This document shows positions 1-8,877 of a DNA stretch of 32,000 bases, one piece after another; position 1 is the first letter of the stretch, and every line of letters starts with the position of its first letter. The notes beneath the pieces were generated by a model, which was not told the DNA's origin, ran no database searches, and saw nothing but the letters and a program-made list of their open reading frames with translations. The position numbers and the translations under genes were made by a program. This stretch comes from Halomicronema hongdechloris C2206 (lineage in GTDB: Bacteria; Cyanobacteriota; Cyanobacteriia; Phormidesmidales; Phormidesmidaceae): NCBI RefSeq assembly GCF_002075285.3, contig NZ_CP021983.2:5430001-5462000 (forward strand), given 5' to 3'.

Positions 1-410
1 ATGCTCTGCAGCGTCAGGCGCCGCTCTAGGTCGATTTCTGGCTCGGGAAACCCTGGTTGCCGTAGCAGTTGGGTAGCCAGGGCTAGCATATCGGCGAAGT
101 CGGAAGAGACGGTCTTGAAGCTGAGGAGGCTGTAATCGGTGGAGGCATCGCTGCTGAGGCTAGCCCCGACCGATTCAACTTGCTCGGCGATATCGAAGGA
201 AGAGAGGTTGATGGTGCCCTTGGTCAGTAAAGCCATTAGCAGGCTGAACAGGCCGGCATCAGCGGCTGACTCGCGACAGCTGCCTACCCGAACAAAAATG
301 CGGGCGGAGACAATGTCGGCCACTGAATTCTCAATGGCCAGCACGACTAAGCCATTATCTAAGACGGTGCGACGGAGGGTAGGGGTGGGTACAACAGAGG
401 AGGAAGTCAC
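1..410 (-). CDS. M16-family peptidase-like protein, N-terminal part (gene continues past the left edge); predicted non-catalytic partner subunit
   Basis: Absent from the ORF track because it runs off the window. My translation of the minus strand from GTG at 410-408 is open to base 1 (alternative TTG start at 440-438; in-frame stop at 449-447). It reads VTSSSVVPTPTLRRTVLDNGLVVLAIENSVADIVSARIFVRVGSCRESAADAGLFSLLMALLTKGT... This aligns with the N-terminus of the neighbouring M16 peptidase, but the zinc motif HFLEH is replaced by SLLMA. Confidence 0.7.
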   Translation of the reverse strand, partial: MTSSSVVPTPTLRRTVLDNGLVVLAIENSVADIVSARIFVRVGSCRESAADAGLFSLLMALLTKGTINLSSFDIAEQVESVGASLSSDASTDYSLLSFKTVSSDFADMLALATQLLRQPGFPEPEIDLERRLTLQS

Positions 411-474
411 AGACCTGGCTTGATTAAGTAAGTATGACAAAGGAGATCAACAAATATCAAAGCAGACCATGGCG

Positions 475-1755
475 TCAAGCGGGTAACAGCACGGTAGCCG
501 CGTAGTTATACGTAGAGAGATAATGCCGGGCTAGGCGCTGCAAATCAGGCGCTTGCAGAGTCTGAATCGTCGGGATGTAGGCCATGCACTGCTCTGATTG
601 GGCCACGGTGTTATAGTAGCCGTACAATCCCGCTAGTTGGCCAGGGGTTTCGGTGGAAAAGGCATAATCATTACAAATGAGTCGCTTGGCCCGTTGCAAC
701 TCAGCCGCCGAAGGGGGATGGTCGGTTAGGGCGGCGATGCGATCGCAGACAATGGCTTCCACCCGGTCAAGATGCTTAGCCTCCAGCCAGGCTTGCACCG
801 TGAATAGACTGCAGTCTTTTTGCAGCGAAAAACTGGCCCCAATATCTAGCACGAGCTGTCGTTCTTCTCGCAATTCCCGTACCAATCGGGAGGTACGGCC
901 CTCGGCCAAGATTACAGCCAGCAAATCCAAACCAAAGGCATCGGCCAATTGCTCGACCCCTGGACCCATCCAGGCCAACAGCAGCCGGGCATGCTCTAGC
1001 CGCGGGAGCCGCAACACCTCCCGGCGAATCCCTTGAATGGCGGGTGCCACGACGGATTCAACAGGCGGACAATGAGTCGGGGTAGCAAAGGCCCGAAAGG
1101 CATGTTTGACCATTTCCAGGGTGGGAGCCAGGGACACACCACCGGTAATCACCACCGTCATATTGTCAGGCTGATAATGGGCCTGGTGAAAACAGCGCAT
1201 TTCCTCTGGGGAGCGCTGATTGAGGATATCGGCAGTCCCCAGCACCGGACGACCATAGGGATGGCCCTGATAGACCAGACTAGCCATGGCTTGAAACCCT
1301 AACCAATCAGGATCGTCTTGGGCTTGGCGAATTTCTTCTAAAACCACCTGACGCTCCCGCACAAACTCATCGGCGGGAATGGTGGCATGGAGTAGCAAAT
1401 CTGCCAGGCAAGGCAATGTATCAGGCAAGCCATCGGCAGCAATGGTAAGAAAGAAATGGGCATAGTCGTGGCTGGTGGCCGCATTAGTCATGCCTCCCCG
1501 GGTTTCGATGGCGGCATCAAAGGTACCGGGGGGCAACTGATCAGTGCCCTTGAAGATCATATGCTCGAGAAAATGGGCCATGCCAGACCAGGCAGTTGGC
1601 TCATTGGTGGCACCAGCCCGCACCCACACATCAGCCACCACCACCGGGGTCGCTGGGATTTCTTGATGAACGACCGTCAGACCATTATCGAGTCGAACAA
1701 CGTTAGCGGGAAAAACTGCAGTCTGCAAACACCTTGACCCTGTGATTACTAGCAA
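475..1755 (-). CDS. M16-family zinc metallopeptidase (pitrilysin/insulinase-like), catalytic subunit
   Basis: 426-aa ORF with the inverted zinc motif HxxEH (GMAHFLEHMIFKGT) and M16 N- and C-terminal domain architecture. The start is TTG at 1755 or 1728. Confidence 0.9.
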   Translation of the reverse strand: MLVITGSRCLQTAVFPANVVRLDNGLTVVHQEIPATPVVVADVWVRAGATNEPTAWSGMAHFLEHMIFKGTDQLPPGTFDAAIETRGGMTNAATSHDYAHFFLTIAADGLPDTLPCLADLLLHATIPADEFVRERQVVLEEIRQAQDDPDWLGFQAMASLVYQGHPYGRPVLGTADILNQRSPEEMRCFHQAHYQPDNMTVVITGGVSLAPTLEMVKHAFRAFATPTHCPPVESVVAPAIQGIRREVLRLPRLEHARLLLAWMGPGVEQLADAFGLDLLAVILAEGRTSRLVRELREERQLVLDIGASFSLQKDCSLFTVQAWLEAKHLDRVEAIVCDRIAALTDHPPSAAELQRAKRLICNDYAFSTETPGQLAGLYGYYNTVAQSEQCMAYIPTIQTLQAPDLQRLARHYLSTYNYAATVLLPA

Positions 1756-1967
1756 TGGGGAATGTCAGCATCTTACCGAACTGTGACGACTAAGCATCGC
1801 CGCCCCAGCCTGAATTCTGCTGCCTTGACCACCAATCTTAAAGGGTTTTAGCAGGTCTGTGTAGGCCAGACTACATGATTTCATCCCGAAGCATACTGAC
1901 ATGGCGGTGATCCGACCAAAATTATCCTGTGGCAGAGACCATCTCCAGGCCTTGGAGACACCTGAGA

Positions 1968-3443
1968 TCAAAAATCGTGGCTCAAAATCGCTGCACCACG
2001 GCGATAGATCTCCCGGGCATACTCGGTCCACTCTCCCTGGCCCCAGTAGCGGAAACAGCTGGTTTGCAATAGCAGGTGATGCAACAGGGCCTGCAAGTAA
2101 TGAGGCTGACGGCAGTTAGCATCGCTGGGGTGGCCTACGATCTGGTGGAATTGGGCGCTGAGGTCTTGCATGGGGGCAAGCACATTCTCGTAGCCACTGA
2201 CCCAACTGCGATCGTCGGTCCAGGAGGCCCCCTCCATGGAGAAACCAGGATCTTCCTGTCGCAGCTGATCGATGGCTGCGGTTACAGCCTGGCGTCCGGC
2301 CCCTGGGCTGACCCGTTGCCAGAGGCGGTGGTGCCCTCGAGCTTGGCAAGGGAGAAAGTCTGCAGCCGTGATCCCTGCCTCAGCCAGAAGCTCCAGGTAC
2401 TCGCTGCCATTGAGACCCACCACCTGGGAACTCCCCTGGCGGATCTCGTGCCAGGTGCGCTTGAAGGCACTGGGAAATTCGTTCATCATGACGCCGCCGT
2501 TTTCGCCGTCGCTGATTTGGCTGACCAGAGGGGGAACGGTGGTGCCGCCCAGCGGCTGCGGGCTAAGGCTGCGGGCTTCGCCGTAGGGTTGCATCTGACC
2601 CACTAGCTTCGTGTCGGAGCCCTGGGTCTTGATCAACACTGGCAGCCTTGCCGTGGCCCCCTCGCTGTTGTGGGCCACTAGGTGGTGGGGCAAGTGGGGG
2701 GTGGCGATGGGCTCTCCGTCGGGGGTCTCAATGGTGTGCTCTTGCACCAATAGCCAGCGATAACCACAGGACTGCAGGGCCGTAATGAAGGCGTAGAGGG
2801 TATCGGGATGATTGGGTAAGTGCATCTCGGGGGGGGAAAAGCCCCGCACCCGCGAGAGGGCGTCTAGGCCAAACAGGGTGGCAAAATGATGCTGCCAGGC
2901 TCGAATATGCAAGCGAAGGTCGGGGATCGGGGTGGAGGGAATGACGGCGTGGCCCCAGCAGGTGCCCAGCCATTCGACGTAGGGCTGATAGGTGCGATCG
3001 CAGGTAATCTGCCGCAGCTTGGTCAAAATATCCTGGCGGCCCATCTGCTGCAGCCCCCAGAGCAAGGTGCCGGAATAGTCCAGCATGATGCGAGGATTGC
3101 AACCCTGCTCCACCAATTCTGGAATGAAATCGCCCATGCGGGCATAACAGTAAGCAAAGGGACCGGCGTTGTGGTTATCCCCCTCGTAGGGGTGCTCGAA
3201 CATGTATTGCAGATTATTGATCAACTCTCCCTGCACCCCTGCCGGGATCGTCGGTTGATGCATATGCAGGGCAATGGCAAAGCCAGCCGAGAGCTGCGAT
3301 AGGTCTAAATTGGTGCGGGGCAGAAATACTGGCCCATCGGTGCTAGTGGCCGCAGCAATCTCTGCTTCCCAGCCCCACAGCACTGGTAGACCCTCAATCA
3401 AATCGGGTAGATCGGGTTGAGACACAGAGGCAACAGCTGACAT
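1968..3443 (-). CDS. Glycoside hydrolase family 57 protein
   Basis: 491-aa ORF. It carries the GH57 signature HMHQP near the N-terminus (FAIALHMHQPTIP), WLLVQEH and SDGENGG segments that fit the GH57 nucleophile and acid/base regions, and a helical C-terminal domain. Confidence 0.8.
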   Translation of the reverse strand: MSAVASVSQPDLPDLIEGLPVLWGWEAEIAAATSTDGPVFLPRTNLDLSQLSAGFAIALHMHQPTIPAGVQGELINNLQYMFEHPYEGDNHNAGPFAYCYARMGDFIPELVEQGCNPRIMLDYSGTLLWGLQQMGRQDILTKLRQITCDRTYQPYVEWLGTCWGHAVIPSTPIPDLRLHIRAWQHHFATLFGLDALSRVRGFSPPEMHLPNHPDTLYAFITALQSCGYRWLLVQEHTIETPDGEPIATPHLPHHLVAHNSEGATARLPVLIKTQGSDTKLVGQMQPYGEARSLSPQPLGGTTVPPLVSQISDGENGGVMMNEFPSAFKRTWHEIRQGSSQVVGLNGSEYLELLAEAGITAADFLPCQARGHHRLWQRVSPGAGRQAVTAAIDQLRQEDPGFSMEGASWTDDRSWVSGYENVLAPMQDLSAQFHQIVGHPSDANCRQPHYLQALLHHLLLQTSCFRYWGQGEWTEYAREIYRRGAAILSHDF

Positions 3444-3496
3444 GGTGAAGCGAGGATAATGGAGGTCTTTGCGAACACTATTACTTTACCGTTAGT

Positions 3497-3667
3497 GGGG
3501 AAGTGAAGAGTGAAAAGTGAAGAGTGTAGGGCGTTGGCGTAGCCTGCCCGGAGGGCTTAGCCCGTGCGAAGCAGAGTGAAGAGTGATTACTCGTCACTTG
3601 CTACTCATTACTCGTTACTGACTACTCAATCCCCCATCCCCTCATCCCTCACCAACCCACCCACGCC
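3497..3667. repeat. STRR-like heptamer-repeat element with a 25-nt conserved core
   Basis: AGTGAAG-type heptamers lie at 3501-3526 and 3574-3587. The core GGCGTAGCCTGCCCGGAGGGCTTAG is at 3536-3560 and matches 23/25 to the reverse complement of 22720-22744. TACTCRT heptamers lie at 3586-3627. A C-tract run lies at 3631-3662. Confidence 0.75.
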
Positions 3668-5545
3668 TCAATAGGGCATCTGACTGATATAGCTGCCATT
3701 GGTCAGGGCTTTATCCAAGTGCCAGGCGGCACTAATCAACGACAGGTGGGTAAAGGCCTGGGGATAGTTACCGAGGGCTTCGCCACTGGAGCCAATCTCT
3801 TCGGCGTAGAGGCCCAAATGGTTGGCATAGCCCAGCATACCTTCAAACATGAGCCGGGCGTCTTCTAGCTTCTTGGGATCGGCCAGTCCCGCTTCGGTGA
3901 GGGCTTCGACTAGCCAAAAGGTGCAGAGGTTAAAGGTGCCCTCTTGGCCCTGTAGGCCATCCGGTAGCTCCTCTGGGTTGTATCGATAGACCAGACTATT
4001 GGCCACTAATCCTCCTTGCTGGGGTGGGCAGAGGATGGCATCCAGGGTCTTGAGTATGCGGGGATCGGTAGGGGATACGAACAGCATCAGGGAGGCCATC
4101 AGGTTGCTGGCATCGAGGGATTGGCTGCCGTAGTACTGCACAAAGGCCTGGCGATTTTGATCCCAGCCCTGTTCCATGATGTCTTCGTAGATGCGATCGC
4201 GCACGGCTAGCCAGCGCTGGCGATCGGCTGGAAACGAGCGCTTATTGGAGAGCCGCAAAGCCCGGTCCAGAGCCACCCAGCACATCAATTTAGAGTAGAC
4301 AAAATGCTGCTGACCACTGCGAAACTCCCAAATGCCCTCATCTGGCTTATGCCAGTGATCACATACCCAGTCCACCAATCGCCGCAGATGAATCCACAGA
4401 TCGTAGGAAATGGGCATGCCATATTTGTCATAGAGATAGACCGCCTGCATCAACTCGCCATAGATATCCAGCTGTAATTGGGCGTAGGCGGCATTGCCAA
4501 TCCGTATCGGCCGCGACCCTCGATAACCATCTAAATGATGCAGGGTTTCCTCCGGTAATTTATGGCGACCATCGATGCCATACATAATCTGCAGCGACCC
4601 ATCGGGATTCAGTTCGCGACAGCGCTGCTCGATCCAGTTCATGAACTGGGCTGCTTCCTCAGTGAACCCGATCCGCAGCAGACCATAGAGGGTGAAGGCG
4701 GCATCGCGAATCCAAGTGTAGCGATAGTCCCAGTTACGCTCACCGCCGATTCCTTCTGGCAGGCCACAGGTGGCCGCTGCAACGATGGCCCCGGTGGGCT
4801 CAAAGGTCAATAACTTCAGGGTCAGAGCCGAGCGCTCCACCATTTCCCGCCAGCGGCCTCGGTAGGTGCACTGAGATAGCCACTGCCGCCAGTAATGCAC
4901 CGTATGTTTGAATAAGTCCGTTGCTTTAGCCGGGGGAATCGGCAGGCCACACCCCGCTCCAGCTTCGATGCCCTGCAGCACAAACACTGCAATCTCGCCC
5001 TGGCTGAGGGCAAACTCGCCCCACACCCCTTTGCCCTTTTCCTGCAGGGGCACATCTGTTGCGAGGCCCAGACTCATCTGATCGGAGTAGAAGCACACTC
5101 CCTTCGGGGTCAGGGTGGTGTCATGGGTATCCCGGGCATAGTTAAAAGCTGGACAGCACTCCACCTCAAATTGCATCGTCCCGCGCACTACCCGCACCTC
5201 CCGAATTAAGCAGTGGTAGCCAATCTCTTCAGAGGATAGGCCCACCGGCATGAAGTCAATGATTTCGCCAACTCCCTCAGAGGTCAAAAAGCGAGTGATC
5301 AAGACATTGGTTGCCGGCCAATACAGCTGGCGATGTTTCACCTGAGAAGTCGGGCTTGACGCCAGAGACGGCGAAATCTTGAAACAGCCTCCCTTCTGGT
5401 CATCCAAGATGGCCGCAAATACGCTGGGGGAATCGTGATTGGGAAAACACAGCCAGTCGATAGAGCCATTCAGCCCTACCAGAGCTGTGGTATACATGTT
5501 GCCGATGATGCCGTAATGCTCGATGGGCTGATAAGCCATAGTCAA
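3668..5545 (-). CDS. Glycoside hydrolase family 15 protein (glucoamylase/trehalase-like)
   Basis: 625-aa ORF. The N-terminus [31 protein letters not shown] and the (alpha/alpha)6 catalytic region ([13 protein letters not shown], ...LGLYAEE...) are typical of bacterial GH15 proteins. Confidence 0.9.
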   Translation of the reverse strand: MTMAYQPIEHYGIIGNMYTTALVGLNGSIDWLCFPNHDSPSVFAAILDDQKGGCFKISPSLASSPTSQVKHRQLYWPATNVLITRFLTSEGVGEIIDFMPVGLSSEEIGYHCLIREVRVVRGTMQFEVECCPAFNYARDTHDTTLTPKGVCFYSDQMSLGLATDVPLQEKGKGVWGEFALSQGEIAVFVLQGIEAGAGCGLPIPPAKATDLFKHTVHYWRQWLSQCTYRGRWREMVERSALTLKLLTFEPTGAIVAAATCGLPEGIGGERNWDYRYTWIRDAAFTLYGLLRIGFTEEAAQFMNWIEQRCRELNPDGSLQIMYGIDGRHKLPEETLHHLDGYRGSRPIRIGNAAYAQLQLDIYGELMQAVYLYDKYGMPISYDLWIHLRRLVDWVCDHWHKPDEGIWEFRSGQQHFVYSKLMCWVALDRALRLSNKRSFPADRQRWLAVRDRIYEDIMEQGWDQNRQAFVQYYGSQSLDASNLMASLMLFVSPTDPRILKTLDAILCPPQQGGLVANSLVYRYNPEELPDGLQGQEGTFNLCTFWLVEALTEAGLADPKKLEDARLMFEGMLGYANHLGLYAEEIGSSGEALGNYPQAFTHLSLISAAWHLDKALTNGSYISQMPY

Positions 5546-5565
5546 TGTCCGGGGTCCCTACCGAT

Positions 5566-5937
5566 TTAGTGGTCTGTGGGCAACGGCAGGGAGATATCTA
5601 GTTCATCTTCCAGCCAGTTGATCACCTGTTGCCGCTCGCCACAGGTCAGATAAAACCTGCCGGTACTACGTAGGCGATCATTAATATCTTCCATATCGGC
5701 CAGGGTAAATAAGCCGACTGTCGTAGCGATAGAGCACAGAATATCGTCTTGTCCTTGCTGATCTAGTTGGCCGTAGCGATAGCGGGCAATCTGTTTGCCG
5801 AGGCGATCGAAGTCATAGTGTTCAGGGGCCAGTCGTCGCTTGCGATCGACGGGAATGGCTTCCCCGGCCGTCATCTTGGCAAAGTCGGTGTCTAGGATGT
5901 TGAGATGGACAATGTTGGGCTGTTGAGTCACGGGCAC
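5566..5937 (-). CDS. Hypothetical protein (123 aa), probably co-transcribed with the GH15 gene
   Basis: Clean ORF that ends 20 nt upstream of the GH15 start on the same strand. I recognise no family. Confidence 0.55.
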   Translation of the reverse strand: MPVTQQPNIVHLNILDTDFAKMTAGEAIPVDRKRRLAPEHYDFDRLGKQIARYRYGQLDQQGQDDILCSIATTVGLFTLADMEDINDRLRSTGRFYLTCGERQQVINWLEDELDISLPLPTDH

Positions 5938-6404
5938 ACGGTCCTTACAGCGTTACAGCGTAAAGTTGCACTTTACCCAACCGGGTTAGGCAACACCAAG
6001 GAGGCACTGAAGACTGAGAGTAATAATGACGTCGACACTATGGAGCAGGCACTTACCCTGGACTATCTTAATCAGAGGTGCTGCATCAGAGGTGCTGCTG
6101 AATTCGATTTGTCTGGGCTAGCCCAAGTCCAACGCGGAATGCGGTTGCCTTTTCCAAGTAACGCTTCGGGGCTGGACTCGGACACGGCTTAACTGTCCAG
6201 ATAACCACTCTCGTTGGGGTAAGAGTACAGTTTCTAGTCCCTTCAGAATAAGGGGAACCCATGGGGCTTGCTTGGGGATACAGCAATTCTTTAGCAACCG
6301 CACCCTATCTATCGGTACCGCTTAACAAAGTGTCTAACCTGGCCAAATCAGTCAGGCACGGGAATGCCATAACAGGAAAACAGGTATCTGCAGGGGTAAT
6401 TCCG

Positions 6405-7760
6405 ATGAAACGGGTAGCAGTGCTACTGACCATGGTAGCGATTCTAGGGGGCTGGCTCCAGGGGTCTCAGGATTGCACCGGGTGGGCCTGGGCGGCTAGT
6501 CTCCGCCAGTTTGGCCAGGACGGCTATGACGGGCGGGATGGTCGCGATGGTCGTGATGGCCAAGATGGCACAGATACTAGCATTACACTGGATGGGACGC
6601 CGCAGCGATTGGCGTTGGCTGGGACAGATGGCGGTGATGGTGAACCGGGGGAGCGGGGGCAATGGCCGGAGTGTCGCTATCAGCCACGGCGTGTGCCCTA
6701 TGATTTGCAGGCCGCTGATGGCGGTGATGGCGGCGGCGGCGGTGATGGCGGCGATGGCGGTGACGGCGGTGATGTGCTGCTGTATTACCGCCAGGCTGAT
6801 GATCTGCGTCAGGTGTATATCGATGCCGGTGGAGGGCGTGGCGGTCGCGGTGGACGCGGGGCTCCAGGAACGCCGGGGTGCCGCTGTGAAGTGCGACGCT
6901 GGCGCTTGCAAGTGTGCCAAGAGGACAATTGCCAAGAAGAGGAGTATCGCTGTTATGACGGTCGGCGTGGGCACCATGGCCGGGATGGTCGAGAGGGTGA
7001 AACGGGTAGACGGGGACAAGTGTCCTTGGTAGCCAGTGGTACATCCCTGTTGCCGGAGCGACCAGAACAGACGGCGTCGTTTCCAGCGTTGGCAGCCCAG
7101 TCGATACTCCTCTCCCAAAACCGTTGGGACTATCGTCAAGGTGCGATCGCACGTTTAGCCCCCGGCTCAGACGTCACCGATGAGTATCGAGAGTATGTTG
7201 GCCGCATTGAGGGCCAAGCCCGACTAGACTGGCAAGCCCCTCGTCCTCTGGCCGGCCTCTGGTCGGAGACCATCCAGCTCAGCCTGCAGGAGAATGGCCG
7301 GGTTCAGTTCGCCTTCCCAGAGGATCTGTGGGTCACTGGCAGCAGCGACTTCCAAAATGGAGTCACCACCTACACCGTCACTAGCTTAGTCGCCGCCCAA
7401 GACGCCATTCGCCTAGCCTGGGGAGGCCTGGATGGCCATGGTCGCTCTCTGCAGGCCACCGTGATTGATCTGGCTCGCCTCTCAGACCAAGTCAATACTG
7501 AATTTCAGCTCACCCTACGCGCCAGTGATGATGCTCCCCATAGCGATCGCCGCCGCCGTTACCAGACGCACTTCGATGGCACCATCCCCACCGATCTGAT
7601 CCAGCGGGATCACAACCGCTTCATCCTCGACCTCGGTCGCCTGCCCCTGAGCATCAGTCATCTCAATCGCGGCACCTACGCCCAGATCGAGCTCACCGTC
7701 ATCCGCTCCCTCGGCAGCCATCGGGCCGAGCAGACCTTGAGGTGGCAGGGGAGGCTGTAG
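6405..7760 (+). CDS. Secreted Cys-containing protein with five short collagen-like G-X-Y tracts and a roughly 250-aa C-terminal domain of unknown function
   Basis: The ORF track gives 6261..7760. An internal ATG at 6405 starts a signal-peptide-like MKRVAVLLTMVAILGGWLQG. The G-X-Y tracts are GQDGYDGRDGRDGRDGQDGTD, GTDGGDGEPGERGQ, DGGDGGGGGDGGDGGDGGD, GGGRGGRGGRGAPGTPG and GRRGHHGRDGREGETGRRGQ. Confidence 0.7.
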   Translation: MKRVAVLLTMVAILGGWLQGSQDCTGWAWAASLRQFGQDGYDGRDGRDGRDGQDGTDTSITLDGTPQRLALAGTDGGDGEPGERGQWPECRYQPRRVPYDLQAADGGDGGGGGDGGDGGDGGDVLLYYRQADDLRQVYIDAGGGRGGRGGRGAPGTPGCRCEVRRWRLQVCQEDNCQEEEYRCYDGRRGHHGRDGREGETGRRGQVSLVASGTSLLPERPEQTASFPALAAQSILLSQNRWDYRQGAIARLAPGSDVTDEYREYVGRIEGQARLDWQAPRPLAGLWSETIQLSLQENGRVQFAFPEDLWVTGSSDFQNGVTTYTVTSLVAAQDAIRLAWGGLDGHGRSLQATVIDLARLSDQVNTEFQLTLRASDDAPHSDRRRRYQTHFDGTIPTDLIQRDHNRFILDLGRLPLSISHLNRGTYAQIELTVIRSLGSHRAEQTLRWQGRL

Positions 7761-7774
7761 AGTGGCGAGGAGCT

Positions 7775-7827
7775 GTTCTCCCTTTTCCCCAACTCCCCAT
7801 CTCCGCTCTCCGCTCTCCGTCCTCCCT
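7775..7827. repeat. CT-rich heptamer-repeat tract (same family as 22771-22843)
   Basis: CCTTTTCCCCAACTCCCCATCTCCGCTCTCCGCTCTCCGTCCTCCC. The 13-mer CTCTCCGTCCTCC at 7813-7825 is identical to 22786-22798. The TTTTCCCC...CATCTCC...CTCTCCGCTCTCC order is shared with 22801-22836. It fills the gap between two convergent genes. Confidence 0.7.
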
Positions 7828-8733
7828 TTACTCCTCTTCCTCCGCCATCAGTGGTCGTCGATCCACGGCTGGATTGGGTTGGCCATTGGGCATGAGATAG
7901 CCTAGGTCGATGAGAAATTGACGCAGGGCCTTGGGAAAGTCGGGATGGCGGCCAATGGGTTCGCCGTCGTCGTAGATATCTAAGCCCCACTCATCTTGGC
8001 GATCGTAGTGCACCTGCATAAACTCCCAGGCCTGTTCAAACTCCCCGAGGCGAATCTTCTGGGCCACGTAACCTGCTAGAACAGCGTTGACTTCGCCATC
8101 GTGGTCCTGAGCTCGCAGCAAGGCCTGATACATCTGCCAGGCATGGCCGCGTAGGTAGTCGCGAAACTGAGCCGTCGTATCGATGAAGCGCCCCGACTGA
8201 AAGGTCATGATTACCGTGGGCGGGAAGGAGCCGGCATAGGAGCCAAAGGCATAGAGAAAGGCGTTGTCGGTAGTGATAAATTCACTGTGGCCATCTTGGT
8301 TAAGATCGCGAAAGCGGCCGCCGCCATCTAGGGGGGCAAAGGGAATCTCGATGAAGGTATCTCCCCGCAGGCCATAGGTGGTAATCATCATGCAACAGTG
8401 AGCACCACCGCTGTAATACTCAGTAATTACCTCTGCGGTGCCGTCACTATCGAGGTCTTGCAATTCCACACTGCTACCGAAGTAGGCCATGGCAGAGTCT
8501 TCTAGCTGCAGGCGATCGCGGTAGTAAATGCGATAGCGGAAGTTGTCTTCTTCTGGGGGCGGCCCATCGAAGCCAAAGGGCTGATAGCTAACGTCTACCC
8601 GCACTGAACCAGCGGTTAGCTCCCGGTTTTCGAGCCACTCAGCACCTGGTCCGATCTCTAGGCGAGTCTGGGCAACTGCTGGTGTTGCCAACATGGCCAG
8701 CCCCAACCCGGCCAGCAACCATGACAAACGCAT
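7828..8733 (-). CDS. Secreted hypothetical protein with two DxDxDG (FG-GAP/EF-hand-like) motifs
   Basis: 301-aa ORF with signal peptide MRLSWLLAGLGLAMLATPAVAQ. Motifs are DLDSDGTAEV, DLNQDGHSEF and YSGGAHCC. The C-terminal half looks helical and the tail is acidic. Confidence 0.7.
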   Translation of the reverse strand: MRLSWLLAGLGLAMLATPAVAQTRLEIGPGAEWLENRELTAGSVRVDVSYQPFGFDGPPPEEDNFRYRIYYRDRLQLEDSAMAYFGSSVELQDLDSDGTAEVITEYYSGGAHCCMMITTYGLRGDTFIEIPFAPLDGGGRFRDLNQDGHSEFITTDNAFLYAFGSYAGSFPPTVIMTFQSGRFIDTTAQFRDYLRGHAWQMYQALLRAQDHDGEVNAVLAGYVAQKIRLGEFEQAWEFMQVHYDRQDEWGLDIYDDGEPIGRHPDFPKALRQFLIDLGYLMPNGQPNPAVDRRPLMAEEEE

Positions 8734-8877
8734 TTTTAGACTCCGGATGAATTGCTAGGAACCCTATGGACAGGTTTCTATGTACAACGATGGCAGCTAT
8801 CAGCCGCTACTGTAGTAGTAATCGTGTTGTCGTCATCTTGTCGTCATCGGAGTGCAGTTCCTCCTCTGCTTCCAAGC

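Noticed and set aside
139-423. A 94-aa plus-strand ORF at the left edge.
   Set aside because: It is antisense to the edge-truncated M16-like gene, whose translation aligns with the neighbouring peptidase.
2076-2606. Long antisense or alternate-frame ORFs inside well-supported genes: 2076-2606, 13338-13847, 13611-14030, 25539-26078 and 29655-30086.
   Set aside because: These are typical stop-poor antisense frames of GC-rich coding DNA. Their products are Arg/Ala/Gly/Pro-rich and carry no motifs.
6261-6404. N-terminal extensions in the ORF track: 6261-6404, 8752-8877, 28985-29047, 30426-30446, 12933-13046 and 10788-10877.
   Set aside because: Internal starts give canonical N-termini (signal peptide, ATPase, CydA and CydB starts, MGLFD of TerB-like proteins). 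The extensions overlap neighbouring genes or promoter regions.
6444-7152. Long ORFs in other frames and on the other strand (231, 173 and 189 aa) inside the collagen-like gene.
   Set aside because: They arise from the GGY-GAY/GGC-GGT repeat DNA. Their products are low-complexity (His/Arg/Thr/Ala runs), and they are fully nested in a better-supported ORF that has a signal peptide.
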